A DNA stretch of 64,000 nucleotides from an uncultured SAR86 cluster bacterium. GTDB lineage: Bacteria; Pseudomonadota; Gammaproteobacteria; Magnimaribacterales; Magnimaribacteraceae. The position numbers and the translations under genes are program-made. This document shows positions 39,597 through 52,304 of the stretch, one piece after another. The DNA lies in contig CALJVP010000006.1 in NCBI GenBank assembly GCA_937773605.1, positions 41,993 through 105,992 of the forward strand. The letters are read 5' to 3'. The notes under the pieces were generated by a model, which saw only the letters and a program-made list of their open reading frames with translations, was not told the origin of the DNA and did not search any database. Every line of letters begins with the position of its first letter. Position 1 is the stretch's first letter.

Positions 39597-40958
39597 TTGA
39601 CCGCTAAAACAATGGAAGAGCTGGTTGCTTTATGTAAGCGCAGAGGGTTTATATTTCAGTCAAATGAAATATATGGAGGCCTGCAAGGGCTCTATGATTA
39701 TGGCCCGCTAGGAGTTGAGCTTAAGAACAACATCAAGCAATCTTGGTGGAGGTCTATGGTCTATGAAAGAGATGATATTGAAGGGTTAGATGCCTCAATC
39801 CTAACAAACCCAAAAGTCTTAAAGCACTCAGGGCACGAAGATACATTTTCTGATCCAATGGTGGATTGTAAGTCTTGCAAATCTCGTTGGAGAGCTGACC
39901 ATGTAGAGTCTTCTAAATGCCCCTCTTGTGGCTCAGAAGACATGACTGAACCGAGACCATTTAATTTGATGTTTAAAACTAGTGTTGGGCCAATTGATGA
40001 CGGAAGTTCATTTGCTTATTTACGTCCGGAAACTGCGCAGCAAATTTTTACCAATTTTAAGAATGTTTTGGACTCAACTTCTAAAAAACTACCATTTGGT
40101 ATAGTTCAAATTGGTAAAGCCTTCAGGAACGAAATTACTCCTAGAAATTTTATATTTAGAGTTAGAGAATTTGAACAGATGGAGTTGGAATTCTTTGTAA
40201 AACCTGGCGAGGATGAGAAATGGCACAAAACTTGGCTAGAAAACAGACTGGACTGGTGGGAAAAGCAAGGGATTGATAGAGAAAACCTGGAGATTTATGA
40301 TGTTCCGCAAGAAGAGCTGGCACATTACTCAAAATCCACCCTAGATATTATGTATAAGTTCCCTCATGGAACGGAAGAACTTGAAGGGATAGCAAATAGA
40401 ACTGATTTTGACCTTGGTTCTCATAGTAAAAACCAAAGCGAACTAAATATTTCTTCTAATACTCAAGAAAATACTGACTCTAATGCAAAATTAGCTGTTC
40501 AAGACATAGAAACAAAGGAATGGGTTGTTCCTTACGTTATAGAGCCTTCCGCAGGGGTAGATAGAGGTTTTTTAGCAATTCTCAATGAGGCTTATTCTAA
40601 AGAAGTCCTTGAAGACGGGAAAGAAAGAGTGGTTTTAGCATTCAAGCCCCATCTTTCGCCTATAAAGGCAGCCATAATTCCTTTAAAAAGAAACAATGAA
40701 GAATTGGTTGAAGTAGCAAAAAATATTAAAAATAGTCTCCAGGCGCTCCAGCTGGGCAGAGTGGTTGTAGAAAACTCTGGAAATATCGGTAAAAGCTACA
40801 GAAGGCACGATGAAATTGGCACCCCGCTTTGCATTACAGTGGATTTTGAGTCATTGGAAGATAATACTGTGACGGTAAGAGACAGAGACTCAATGGAGCA
40901 ACAAAGAGTGGCTTCTTCAGATTTAGCAGAGTATTTTAAAAACTACTTAATTTTCTAA
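39597..40958 (+). CDS. glyQS: Glycine--tRNA ligase, homodimeric (alpha2) class II type
   Basis: [26 protein letters not shown]-terminus, FRNEITPR motif 2 region and GVDRG motif 3 region, 453 aa. Start is TTG at 39597 or ATG at 39612. Confidence 0.9.
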   Translation: MTAKTMEELVALCKRRGFIFQSNEIYGGLQGLYDYGPLGVELKNNIKQSWWRSMVYERDDIEGLDASILTNPKVLKHSGHEDTFSDPMVDCKSCKSRWRADHVESSKCPSCGSEDMTEPRPFNLMFKTSVGPIDDGSSFAYLRPETAQQIFTNFKNVLDSTSKKLPFGIVQIGKAFRNEITPRNFIFRVREFEQMELEFFVKPGEDEKWHKTWLENRLDWWEKQGIDRENLEIYDVPQEELAHYSKSTLDIMYKFPHGTEELEGIANRTDFDLGSHSKNQSELNISSNTQENTDSNAKLAVQDIETKEWVVPYVIEPSAGVDRGFLAILNEAYSKEVLEDGKERVVLAFKPHLSPIKAAIIPLKRNNEELVEVAKNIKNSLQALQLGRVVVENSGNIGKSYRRHDEIGTPLCITVDFESLEDNTVTVRDRDSMEQQRVASSDLAEYFKNYLIF

Positions 40959-41513
40959 GTGGATAAGGTAGTTATTTTAGACAGGGATGGTGTCATTAAT
41001 GTCGATTTAATGACTTACGTAACAAAACCTGAAGAATTTGAAGCAATCGAAGGTAGTTTAGAGGCCATTTCCCTTCTAAATAAGAATGGTTATAAGGTTT
41101 GCATAGCAACAAATCAGGCTTGCATAGAAAGAAAAATTATTTCTGAAAATGAGCTAAGGCAAATTCACGATCACATGGAAGGGCTTCTTTCAGAGTTCGG
41201 AGGAGAAATAGCATTTATAGCTTACTGCCCTCATGCACCAGAATCAAAATGTGGATGCAGAAAACCCGAAGTGGGTCTATTGAAGAAAATAGAAGAACAA
41301 TTTCAAATCTCGCTTAAAGGTAAATTTTTTGTAGGCGACAAGGAATCGGACATACTGGCTGGAAGAGATTATGGCTGCAAACCTCTTTTAATAAAAAAAG
41401 GAGGTTACGGCGAGAAAGTTTATGGGACTGAAAACAGCCCTCCTCCAGAACATTGTTTTAATAACCTGGAAGAGGCTGCAAAGTATATTTTGTCAGTTGA
41501 TAAAGATATTTAA
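40959..41513 (+). CDS. gmhB: D-glycero-beta-D-manno-heptose-1,7-bisphosphate 7-phosphatase
   Basis: HAD motif I ILDRDGVIN and a C-x-H...C-x-C zinc-site pattern (YCPHAPESKCGCRKP). GTG start directly after the glyRS stop. Confidence 0.85.
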   Translation: MDKVVILDRDGVINVDLMTYVTKPEEFEAIEGSLEAISLLNKNGYKVCIATNQACIERKIISENELRQIHDHMEGLLSEFGGEIAFIAYCPHAPESKCGCRKPEVGLLKKIEEQFQISLKGKFFVGDKESDILAGRDYGCKPLLIKKGGYGEKVYGTENSPPPEHCFNNLEEAAKYILSVDKDI

Positions 41514-44690
<3,177 letters not shown>

Positions 44691-44701
44691 TTAGCCTATT
44701 T

Positions 44702-45772
44702 TTATAAATTTATCCTTTTAAATTGCTTTAAATCTTCATTCATTTTATCTAAAAAACTCCCGTCTATTGCTGTCAAAATGACCTGATTTTTATCTTTAGA
44801 AATAATATTGAATAAAGTTTTTAAATTGTCCTCATCCATCTCAGCGCCTATGTCGTCTATGAGCAGAAAAGACTCTCTTTGAGAGAACTTATTAATAATA
44901 TCATAAGAAGATAAAAACATTAATATAATCAATAACTTAACTTGACCTCTCGATAAATTTGCTGCTGCTTTTTTCTTATCAACAGAAAATACAAAATCTT
45001 GTCTGTGGGGCCCTTGGGTTGTGTAGCCTAATGCCATGTCTTTTGGCAGGCTGTCTTGAAAGCACTTTCTCATTGACTTTGAAGTGTCCCAACCTGATAT
45101 AAAGTGTAAATTTATATCTTTTAAGAATTCAATTTTGTTTTCTTTGATCTCTTTAAAAATGTAGTCTATAGAAACCTCTTTAAAGACTTTAAAAAATTCA
45201 TACTGCTCCTTGCTCAACTTCAAGCCAAGCTCTAAAACTTGTTCGGTCCAATTGTTTAATTGCTGAATTGGCAATTTTTTTCTTAAAGCCCTGTTTCTTT
45301 GTTGGAGTGCTTTACTGTAATTGTTATTTAAAATGCCAGTTTCAGGTTTCACGTGGAACATCAGCCTATTAACAAAATCTCTTCTAAGTTCAGGCTCCCC
45401 TTCTACCATCCTTAGGTGTTTTCCTAATATCGCCTGTATAAGAGGTGCTTCAGAGCTTTTTATGCTCTTCCCTCCCAGGGTTCTTTTGGTAGAGATTCTT
45501 CCCTCAGAAGACTTAGAGCTCTCAAGTCTTAATTCTATTTCACTGGACTTGCCCAAGGCGGCTATTTTAAAAAAAGATTCTGTGTGCTTGATGCAGTCCA
45601 GGGTATTTGAGGATCTGAAGGATTTACCGGAAAAAAGGATCTCCACTGCCTCCAAGATGCTTGTCTTTCCAGAGCCATTTTTTCCTACTATTAATGATCT
45701 TTCTGGTGAAAGTTCTATTTTTTTTGAGTCAAAGAGTCTAAATTTTTCTAAATATAGACTGTCTATTGGCAT
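44702..45772 (-). CDS. recF: DNA replication and repair protein RecF
   Basis: Walker A GKNGSGKTSILEA and signature LSRGQVKLL, 356 aa, in canonical dnaA-dnaN-recF-gyrB order. Confidence 0.93.
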   Translation of the reverse strand: MPIDSLYLEKFRLFDSKKIELSPERSLIVGKNGSGKTSILEAVEILFSGKSFRSSNTLDCIKHTESFFKIAALGKSSEIELRLESSKSSEGRISTKRTLGGKSIKSSEAPLIQAILGKHLRMVEGEPELRRDFVNRLMFHVKPETGILNNNYSKALQQRNRALRKKLPIQQLNNWTEQVLELGLKLSKEQYEFFKVFKEVSIDYIFKEIKENKIEFLKDINLHFISGWDTSKSMRKCFQDSLPKDMALGYTTQGPHRQDFVFSVDKKKAAANLSRGQVKLLIILMFLSSYDIINKFSQRESFLLIDDIGAEMDEDNLKTLFNIISKDKNQVILTAIDGSFLDKMNEDLKQFKRINL

Positions 45773-46876
45773 TTATAGCCTCATGGGCATGATTACATAA
45801 ACTTCAGAATCTGAGGACGGCTCCTTGATGATGCAACTAGAGTCTTCACCGTAAAAGACAAGCTCTACATCCTTTGTCTCTACAGACCCCAATACATCTA
45901 ATAAATACCCTATATTAAAGCCAATTTCTAAAGGCGACCCCTTATAATCCACTTCCAAAACTTCTTCTGCTGATTCTTGTTCGGGGTTGTTTGCTGTCAA
46001 TTTAAGGCTGCCTTCTGAAAGAGCAAACCTTACTCCTCTGTACTTTTCATTAGAAAGAACAGAGGCTCGTGACAGAGCTAATTGCAATTTTTCCTTTTCT
46101 ATTTTCAAAGAACTAGGATCTCCTGAGGGGAAAACCTTCTCATAATCAGGGTATTTGCCATCTATAAGCTTTGTAGAAAACTGCAAATTGCCTGATTTGA
46201 CACTAAAATACGAAGCTCCTACGTTAAGTTCTACCGCCTCTTCAGATTGAGGTAATAATTTAGAAAGCTCAAGCACAGCCTTTCTTGGCAGAATTTGTTT
46301 GAGTTGGAGCCCTTCCTTGTTTTCAAGCTTTGAACTTGCCAGGGCCAGCCTGTGCCCATCCGTGGCTACGCCCTTTATTTCGTTGTTATCAAACTCCAAA
46401 AGAAGGCCATTAAGATAATAACGAACGTCTTGCGAAGCCATAGAGAATGATGTTTTAGTTAGAATTCTTTTTAGAACACTCGCCCCTATAAGAGATGATG
46501 TTTGTTCTTCAGAAATCTCGAGCTCAGGGAAATCGTCTGCTGATATAGTAGAAAAATCAGCATGGAATCCTTTTGATGCCACCGTAAGCTTTCCACTTGC
46601 AAGGCTGAAGCTTATTTCTTCATTGTCCGGTAGTGACCTGCAAAGTTCTGACATTTTTCTAGCCGAAACAGTTGTCTCGCCTTCTTCGTCCGTTGACACA
46701 ACGCTTGAACTGGCTTGAATCTGTATCTCTAGATCAGTTGCAGTAACCTCTACTGAGCCGTTTTGGGCTTTAATTCTTAAATTTGCAAGTATAGGGATGG
46801 TTTGCCTTCTCTCAGCAACAGCAGCAGCGTTTTGAAGCGCCTCAACTATTTGTGATTTTTGTGCTATAAATTTCAT
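45773..46876 (-). CDS. dnaN: DNA polymerase III beta sliding clamp
   Basis: 367 aa with three-domain clamp-like sequence (PILANLRIKA, YLLDVL) and C-terminal MPMRL. Confidence 0.95.
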   Translation of the reverse strand: MKFIAQKSQIVEALQNAAAVAERRQTIPILANLRIKAQNGSVEVTATDLEIQIQASSSVVSTDEEGETTVSARKMSELCRSLPDNEEISFSLASGKLTVASKGFHADFSTISADDFPELEISEEQTSSLIGASVLKRILTKTSFSMASQDVRYYLNGLLLEFDNNEIKGVATDGHRLALASSKLENKEGLQLKQILPRKAVLELSKLLPQSEEAVELNVGASYFSVKSGNLQFSTKLIDGKYPDYEKVFPSGDPSSLKIEKEKLQLALSRASVLSNEKYRGVRFALSEGSLKLTANNPEQESAEEVLEVDYKGSPLEIGFNIGYLLDVLGSVETKDVELVFYGEDSSCIIKEPSSDSEVYVIMPMRL

Positions 46877-46881
46877 ATCAG

Positions 46882-48234
46882 TTAAATGGTTAAAACTCTG
46901 ACTAATTTCGTATAGTCTTCTTCTATATCAAGATTTAGCCCTCTAAGCTCTCTAATTTTCTTACAGGCGTGGATAACTGTGGTGTGGTCTCTTCCGCCAA
47001 AAGCCTCTCCTATCTCGGGTAAACTATAATTAGTTAACTCTTTAGCCAAAAACATCGCCATTTGTCTTGGCCTGGCAACAGACCTACTCCTTCTTTTAGA
47101 CAGCAAATCACTAAGTTTAATATTATAGTACTCTGCTGTTGTTTTTTGGATGTTTTCCACGCTAACCTGCCTTGCTTGAATTGCAAGGAGGTCCTTCAAG
47201 GAGTCTTTAATAAGCTCGACTGTAATGGGGCGCCCTGTAAAATTTGAATTAGCGATTACTCTTTTTAAGGCGCCTTCCAGCTCCCTTACATTTGACCTTA
47301 CTTTTTGTGCGATAAAAAAGGCCGATTCTTCATTAAGCTCTTGATCCATTTGCTTAGACTTACTAAAAAGAATGGCAACACGTGTTTCTAATTCAGGCGG
47401 CTCTATGACAACAGGTAGCCCCCACCCCAGCCTGGACTTTAATCTATCCTCAAGGCCGTCTATTTCTTTTGGGTACCTATCACAAGTTAGTATCATTTGA
47501 CTGCCCTTTTCTAGTAGAGAATTAAATGTATGAAAAAGTTCTTCTTGTGATTGTTCTTTTTTTGCAAAGAATTGAATGTCATCAATTAGCAGTGCATCCA
47601 AGGATCTATAGTGTTGCTTAAATTCACTAATTGCTCCTAATTGTAGAGATTTTACCATATCACTCACGAACTTCTCTGAATGAACATAAGCTATTTTTTT
47701 TGTAGGATCTTCTTTTTTTAGCTGATTTCCAACCGCGTGCATCAAGTGAGTTTTACCAAGCCCCACCCCTCCATATATAAAAAGAGGATTGTAGGAGTTC
47801 TTCAAACCGCTGGCTATCTGCCTCGATGCGGCCAAGGCAATTTGATTAGACTTGCCTTCCACGAATGTTCCAAAGTTAAAAGAATCTATTAAATTACTTT
47901 TTATAGCTTTATATTCTTTTTCAATATTTGTTTGTTTGTTTTGTTGTGCTGTTTCATTTACTGAGATGACAGAGTTATTTGAAGTAACTTCGAAAGCTAG
48001 GTTCAAATCTGAATTACTTGTTATGGCAGAAAGTCTCTCCTCTATAGACAGTCCATAATTCTGCTCCACCCAGTCAGAAATAAACTTGTTCGGAGCTAAA
48101 ACAGTGTAGGAAAGGGGGTTTGAGCCCGAATTTTCTTCTAGCAATAGCGGCGCTATCCAGGTTGAGTACTCTTCAATGGAAAGATCTTTTTCTAAAGTTT
48201 TTTTACATTCGTTCCAAAAATAAAGTTCTGACAT
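46882..48234 (-). CDS. dnaA: Chromosomal replication initiator protein DnaA
   Basis: AAA+ Walker [22 protein letters not shown] box and C-terminal DNA-binding [11 protein letters not shown]. The start is set at MSELYFWNE because the upstream Met at 48270 overlaps a perfect DnaA box. Confidence 0.95.
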   Translation of the reverse strand: MSELYFWNECKKTLEKDLSIEEYSTWIAPLLLEENSGSNPLSYTVLAPNKFISDWVEQNYGLSIEERLSAITSNSDLNLAFEVTSNNSVISVNETAQQNKQTNIEKEYKAIKSNLIDSFNFGTFVEGKSNQIALAASRQIASGLKNSYNPLFIYGGVGLGKTHLMHAVGNQLKKEDPTKKIAYVHSEKFVSDMVKSLQLGAISEFKQHYRSLDALLIDDIQFFAKKEQSQEELFHTFNSLLEKGSQMILTCDRYPKEIDGLEDRLKSRLGWGLPVVIEPPELETRVAILFSKSKQMDQELNEESAFFIAQKVRSNVRELEGALKRVIANSNFTGRPITVELIKDSLKDLLAIQARQVSVENIQKTTAEYYNIKLSDLLSKRRSRSVARPRQMAMFLAKELTNYSLPEIGEAFGGRDHTTVIHACKKIRELRGLNLDIEEDYTKLVRVLTI

Positions 48235-48262
48235 AATTCTGATTATATACAGATTTAAGTAG

Positions 48263-48376
48263 TTATCCACAGCATAACAACAATTATTTAATGTGGATAA
48301 CTTGTGAATATATTGTTTTTTTGTTTTTCCTTGTCAATTTGGCCCAAAAAACCTATTATGCGCACCCGTTTACACA
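48263..48376. promoter_or_regulatory. DnaA-box cluster in the dnaA-rpmH spacer (dnaA autoregulatory region and/or compact oriC)
   Basis: Perfect TTATCCACA at 48263-48271 and perfect inverted TGTGGATAA at 48292-48300. Two further sites match the relaxed TTWTNCACA consensus 8 of 9: TGTGAATAT at 48303-48311 on the opposite strand and GTTTACACA at 48368-48376. Confidence 0.6.
48331..48359 (+). promoter_or_regulatory. Putative sigma-70 promoter of rpmH-rnpA-yidD-yidC
   Basis: TTGTCA (-35), 17-nt spacer, TATTAT (-10), located about 33 nt upstream of the rpmH ATG. Confidence 0.4.
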
Positions 48377-48391
48377 TTTCAAAGTAAAACA

Positions 48392-48526
48392 ATGAAAAGA
48401 ACTTATCAACCAAGCAGAATCAAAAGAGCAAGAACACATGGCTTTAGAGCAAGAAATGCTACGGTTGGCGGCAGAAAGGTCCTCAGCGCTCGAAGAAAGA
48501 AAGGAAGACAGTCTCTTACGGTCTAA
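48392..48526 (+). CDS. rpmH: 50S ribosomal protein L34
   Basis: Not in the ORF track because it is only 44 aa. My translation is [44 protein letters not shown], a textbook L34 sequence. Confidence 0.95.
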   Translation: MKRTYQPSRIKRARTHGFRARNATVGGRKVLSARRKKGRQSLTV

Positions 48527-48532
48527 TGTTTC

Positions 48533-48868
48533 ATGGGGGTAAAGCGCTCCATACCATCCTCAGAAGGCTTTAATGAAGCTTTCTCAAATCCCGATAGAAA
48601 AGTCTCTACAAAGCATTTCATGCTGCTATTAAAAGAAAATGATTTAGGTTACGCCAGAATCGGGGTTGCTGTCAGGAAGAAAGATATTAAACTGGCCGTG
48701 CAAAGGAATAGAATAAGAAGAAAAATTAAAGGAAGTTTCAGGGTAAACATTTCAAAATTAAAAGCAGCCGACCACGTGATTTTTGTTAAAAAAAATATCA
48801 CTGACGATAGTGCTGTAATAAAAAAAGAACTTGAAAACCTGTGGCAAAAAATAGAAAAGCGTATATGA
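48533..48868 (+). CDS. rnpA: Ribonuclease P protein component
   Basis: Basic 111-aa protein with the RNR motif AVQRNRIRRKIK, immediately after rpmH. Confidence 0.9.
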   Translation: MGVKRSIPSSEGFNEAFSNPDRKVSTKHFMLLLKENDLGYARIGVAVRKKDIKLAVQRNRIRRKIKGSFRVNISKLKAADHVIFVKKNITDDSAVIKKELENLWQKIEKRI

Positions 48869-49098
48869 AAAGAATACCCATATTTTTTATACTAATGTAT
48901 CAAAAATTTATAAGTCCTCTTTTGAGACCAAGCTGTAGATTTCATCCTACGTGCTCTGAATACTCCATACAGGCGATCACAAAATACGGTGCTACAAAAG
49001 GTATGTTTTTATCTTTAAAAAGAATTCTAAGATGCAACCCTTGGGGCGGCAGTGGTCTAGACCCAATACCAGGAGAAAAAGAAAATGGATGTAATTAA
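48865..49098 (+). CDS. yidD: Membrane protein insertion efficiency factor YidD
   Basis: YQKFISPLL...CRFHPTCSEYSIQAI...KRILRCNPW is the YidD signature. The ATG at 48865 overlaps the rnpA stop (ATGA). Confidence 0.9.
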   Translation: MKRIPIFFILMYQKFISPLLRPSCRFHPTCSEYSIQAITKYGATKGMFLSLKRILRCNPWGGSGLDPIPGEKENGCN

Positions 49099-50759
49099 GA
49101 CGGTTCTCATAGCAAGCATAGCTGTAGTTCTATATTACCTGTTGTTGCAATGGCCCACTCAGGCAAATACTCCAGAGAGGGTGGAAGAAATATCCAGCCA
49201 AATGCCAATGGATTTGGTCGATGAATCAAGAGAAATACCCAGTCAAACAAATATTAATTCAGATAGTGAAGACTCACTATCACTTTTTGAAACCCCCGCG
49301 ATACAGACCCCAAAAACGCCAGAAACAAAGGCCCCATTAATGTCCTCGAGCAAGTTATTTGTTCTGGAAAACGACACTCTTGTAATGGAGATTGACGGCC
49401 TGTCTGGAAGAGTTGTTTCTTCAAAGTTAAAGCTCATTAAAAACTCTAAAAACGGTGAAACCAACTTGGGTATTTTTGGCTCAACTGGGGAAAATTTTTA
49501 TTTTGCTAATAGCGGATTCTTCACTAAGTCACAGGGTTATTTACAACCCGAGTTTACTAAAATCTCCTCTTATTCAGGTGAAGAGAATTCTAAGATTTAT
49601 AAACTTGAAGGGAGCTGCCTCTGGTCTTGTTTTCAAGAGAGAAATTAAAATGCATCCTGGTAAATATTATCTTGAGGTGGAAGATTTTATAGAAGGAGGT
49701 CTGCCTGGGGTGGATTTGGAAGTGACACCTTATGTTGTTATAGAGAGAAGCGAAGAAGAGGTTGAAGAGGGTGGCCTTGCTTACACTTATCTTGGACCTG
49801 TGTTTTCAACTCAAGAAGAAAAATACGAAAAATACGACTTTGACGATATTGACGATGCCAACTTTAAAATTCAGTCGCCTGGCGGCTGGGCCTCTCTCAT
49901 TCAACACTATTTTGTTTCGGCGTGGGTTCCTGATCAAAGCAGGTCATACCTTTACCAGGCAAGAAAAAACCCCACCACAGGGAGATATTCTATCGGATAC
50001 ACAAGCTCTTCTGAGGTTTTGGGCGTAAATAAGGGCCTTGTTTCGTTTAAAAACACCCTTTATGTCGGTCCAAAGCTGCCAGAACAGCTCAAAACAGTCC
50101 ACCCAGACCTGGATTTGGTTGTTGATTATGGTTTTTTGTGGTGGTTAGGGAAGCCAATGTATTGGTTGCTTAACTTGGGGCATGACTTATTTAAAAACTG
50201 GGGTCTTGCCATTATATTTCTTACTATTCTTCTAAAAATAGCCACCTGGCCTTTATCGGCCGCGGCTTACAGGTCTATGGGGAAAATGAGGGTGCTTGCA
50301 CCAAGGATGAAGGAAATTCAAGACAGGCATGGTGACGACAAACAAAAAGCAGGCCAGGCCATGATGGAGTTTTACAAAAAAGAGGGCGTAAACCCCCTTG
50401 GCGGCTGCCTACCAATGCTTATTCAAATGCCTTTCTTTTTGGCTTTTTATTGGGTTTTAATGGAAACGGTTGAATTACGACACTCTCCTTTTATTTTCTG
50501 GATAGACGACCTCTCTGCAATGGATCCGTTTTTTGTTTTGCCGCTTCTTAATGCTGCTGGCATGTATTATTCTCAAAAACTCACCCCTGCGCCTGCAAAC
50601 GCCGACCCTATGCAAGCTCAAATGATGAAGTTCTTTCCTCTTATCTTTGCAGCAATATTTGCCTTCTTTCCATCGGGTCTTGTTCTGTATTGGCTCATAA
50701 ACATGCTAGTTACATTGTTTCAGCAGTGGTGGTATTACAGAAAAGAAGTTAAGGCCTAG
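49085..50759 (+). CDS. yidC: Membrane protein insertase YidC, interrupted by a single-base frameshift as sequenced
   Basis: ORF 49085..49648 encodes the N-terminal TM and periplasmic domain. ORF 49455..50759 encodes the rest, including the conserved C-terminal 5-TM core (GCLPMLIQMPFF, LYWLINM). The frames meet around the GGG at 49610-49612. Removing one G gives the continuous reading KLEGAASGLVFKRE. Confidence 0.88.
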
Positions 50760-50764
50760 TTAAA

Positions 50765-52072
50765 GTGGACTTTGAAACAATAGTCGCACCAGCTACGGCG
50801 CCAGGTCGAAGCGGTGTGGCCGTTATAAGAATATCAGGGCCTTTGGCCTTGCAAATAGGAGGGAACATCTGTGGGGAGGTCTCACAACCAATGCTTCTTA
50901 GGCCGTGTTCTATAAAAAATTCAGACAAAAAGACTGTGGATCGCGGTCTTGTTGTTTTTTTTAAAGGTCCGGCCAGCTACACGGGGGAGGATGTCATAGA
51001 GATTCATTGTCACGGGAACCCTGTAATTGTTGATCTTATTATAAAAGAGGCTTTGTTGCAGGGGGCTAGGGTTGCGGAACCGGGGGAATTTACCAAGAGA
51101 TCCTTTTTAAATGACAAAATAGATTTAGCCCAAGCAGAGTCGGTTGCAGATTTAATCGCAGCCCAAACAGACAGTGCTGTTTTGGGGGCCAACATATCTC
51201 TTTCTGGAGAGTTTTCTAATAAAATTAATGTGTGTATAGCTACTCTTGTTAACTTAAGGGTTGTTGTGGAGGCTGCTATAGACTTTCCTGATGAAGAAAC
51301 ACCAGATGAAGATGTGCGGTCTTTGGTTGAGTCGGCAAATGATCAAATTCAATTTATCTCAGGTCTTATAAGGGGCTCTGAGCACGGTGCTTTAATGAGA
51401 GAGGGTTTGGGGGTGGTAATACTAGGCGCCCCAAATGTGGGTAAATCTACATTATTAAATTGTTTTGCTAAAGAGAACCTGGCAATTGTTTCAGATACTC
51501 CCGGAACGACTCGTGATTTAATTTCAGCAAACATTAACCTTGGTGGAGTGCCTGTAGAGTTTGTGGACACGGCCGGTCTGCGTTCGGGTTCGCAAGATTC
51601 CATAGAAATAGAAGGGATGAATAGGGCTAAAAAAGCCGTTGAAAACTCTAACCTTGTTTTAGAGGTTGTTGACGCAAAAGACTTTCATGGTTTTGAAAGG
51701 TTGAATGAGAATAGTTTGCTTGTCTTTAATAAGGTGGATTTATTAGAAGGGGCGGTTCCTGGCGAGGGGTTGTTTGTATCGGCTTCCACGGGTGAAGGAA
51801 TTCTTGAACTAATAGATGAAATTATGAAAACCGCGGGTCTTCACCCGGGTATTGAAATCCCTGCACTTTCCAGAAGAAGACACATCCTTTGTTTGGAAAA
51901 AGCAAAAGAATCTCTTGAAGAGTCTGTGTCACTGCTTAAAGACAAAAGCTCTCTTGAACTGGTTGCTGAGTGCCTGCTTTCTGCCCAAATAAACCTCGGT
52001 GAAATTACCAGTCCTGTTTCTTCAGATGATTTGCTGGGCGAAATTTTTTCTGAATTTTGCATAGGTAAATAA
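50765..52072 (+). CDS. mnmE: tRNA modification GTPase MnmE (TrmE)
   Basis: G domain GAPNVGKSTLLN and DTAGLR, and the C-terminal CIGK motif. GTG start. Confidence 0.95.
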   Translation: MDFETIVAPATAPGRSGVAVIRISGPLALQIGGNICGEVSQPMLLRPCSIKNSDKKTVDRGLVVFFKGPASYTGEDVIEIHCHGNPVIVDLIIKEALLQGARVAEPGEFTKRSFLNDKIDLAQAESVADLIAAQTDSAVLGANISLSGEFSNKINVCIATLVNLRVVVEAAIDFPDEETPDEDVRSLVESANDQIQFISGLIRGSEHGALMREGLGVVILGAPNVGKSTLLNCFAKENLAIVSDTPGTTRDLISANINLGGVPVEFVDTAGLRSGSQDSIEIEGMNRAKKAVENSNLVLEVVDAKDFHGFERLNENSLLVFNKVDLLEGAVPGEGLFVSASTGEGILELIDEIMKTAGLHPGIEIPALSRRRHILCLEKAKESLEESVSLLKDKSSLELVAECLLSAQINLGEITSPVSSDDLLGEIFSEFCIGK

Positions 52073-52304
52073 AATTCTGTTAACAACACGGGTATAAAAA
52101 AAATTTAAATGTTAGTAGATTTTTTGCTCACATTTTCTTTTTCTCTGTCCACAGGTTAGGTGTCTGTTCTTGCCGGTGTTTAGATTAAATTAAAGTGTTT
52201 GTTGGTGTGGGTTTAAAGACTTACCTACAGAAAACCAGCAACCCAATAACTAAGAAAAAATTATTCTTATATAATATACAAAATAAATTTTATTTATAAA
52301 CATT

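Noticed and set aside
45321-45800. A 159-aa plus-strand ORF overlapping recF and the end of dnaN.
   Set aside because: It is antisense to a complete RecF with intact Walker A and signature motifs. It has no motif content of its own and is a typical shadow ORF.
48235-48270. An upstream Met extension of dnaA ([12 protein letters not shown]...).
   Set aside because: The extra codons run into a perfect DnaA box and contribute no conserved DnaA sequence. The Met at 48234 gives a normal DnaA N-terminus.
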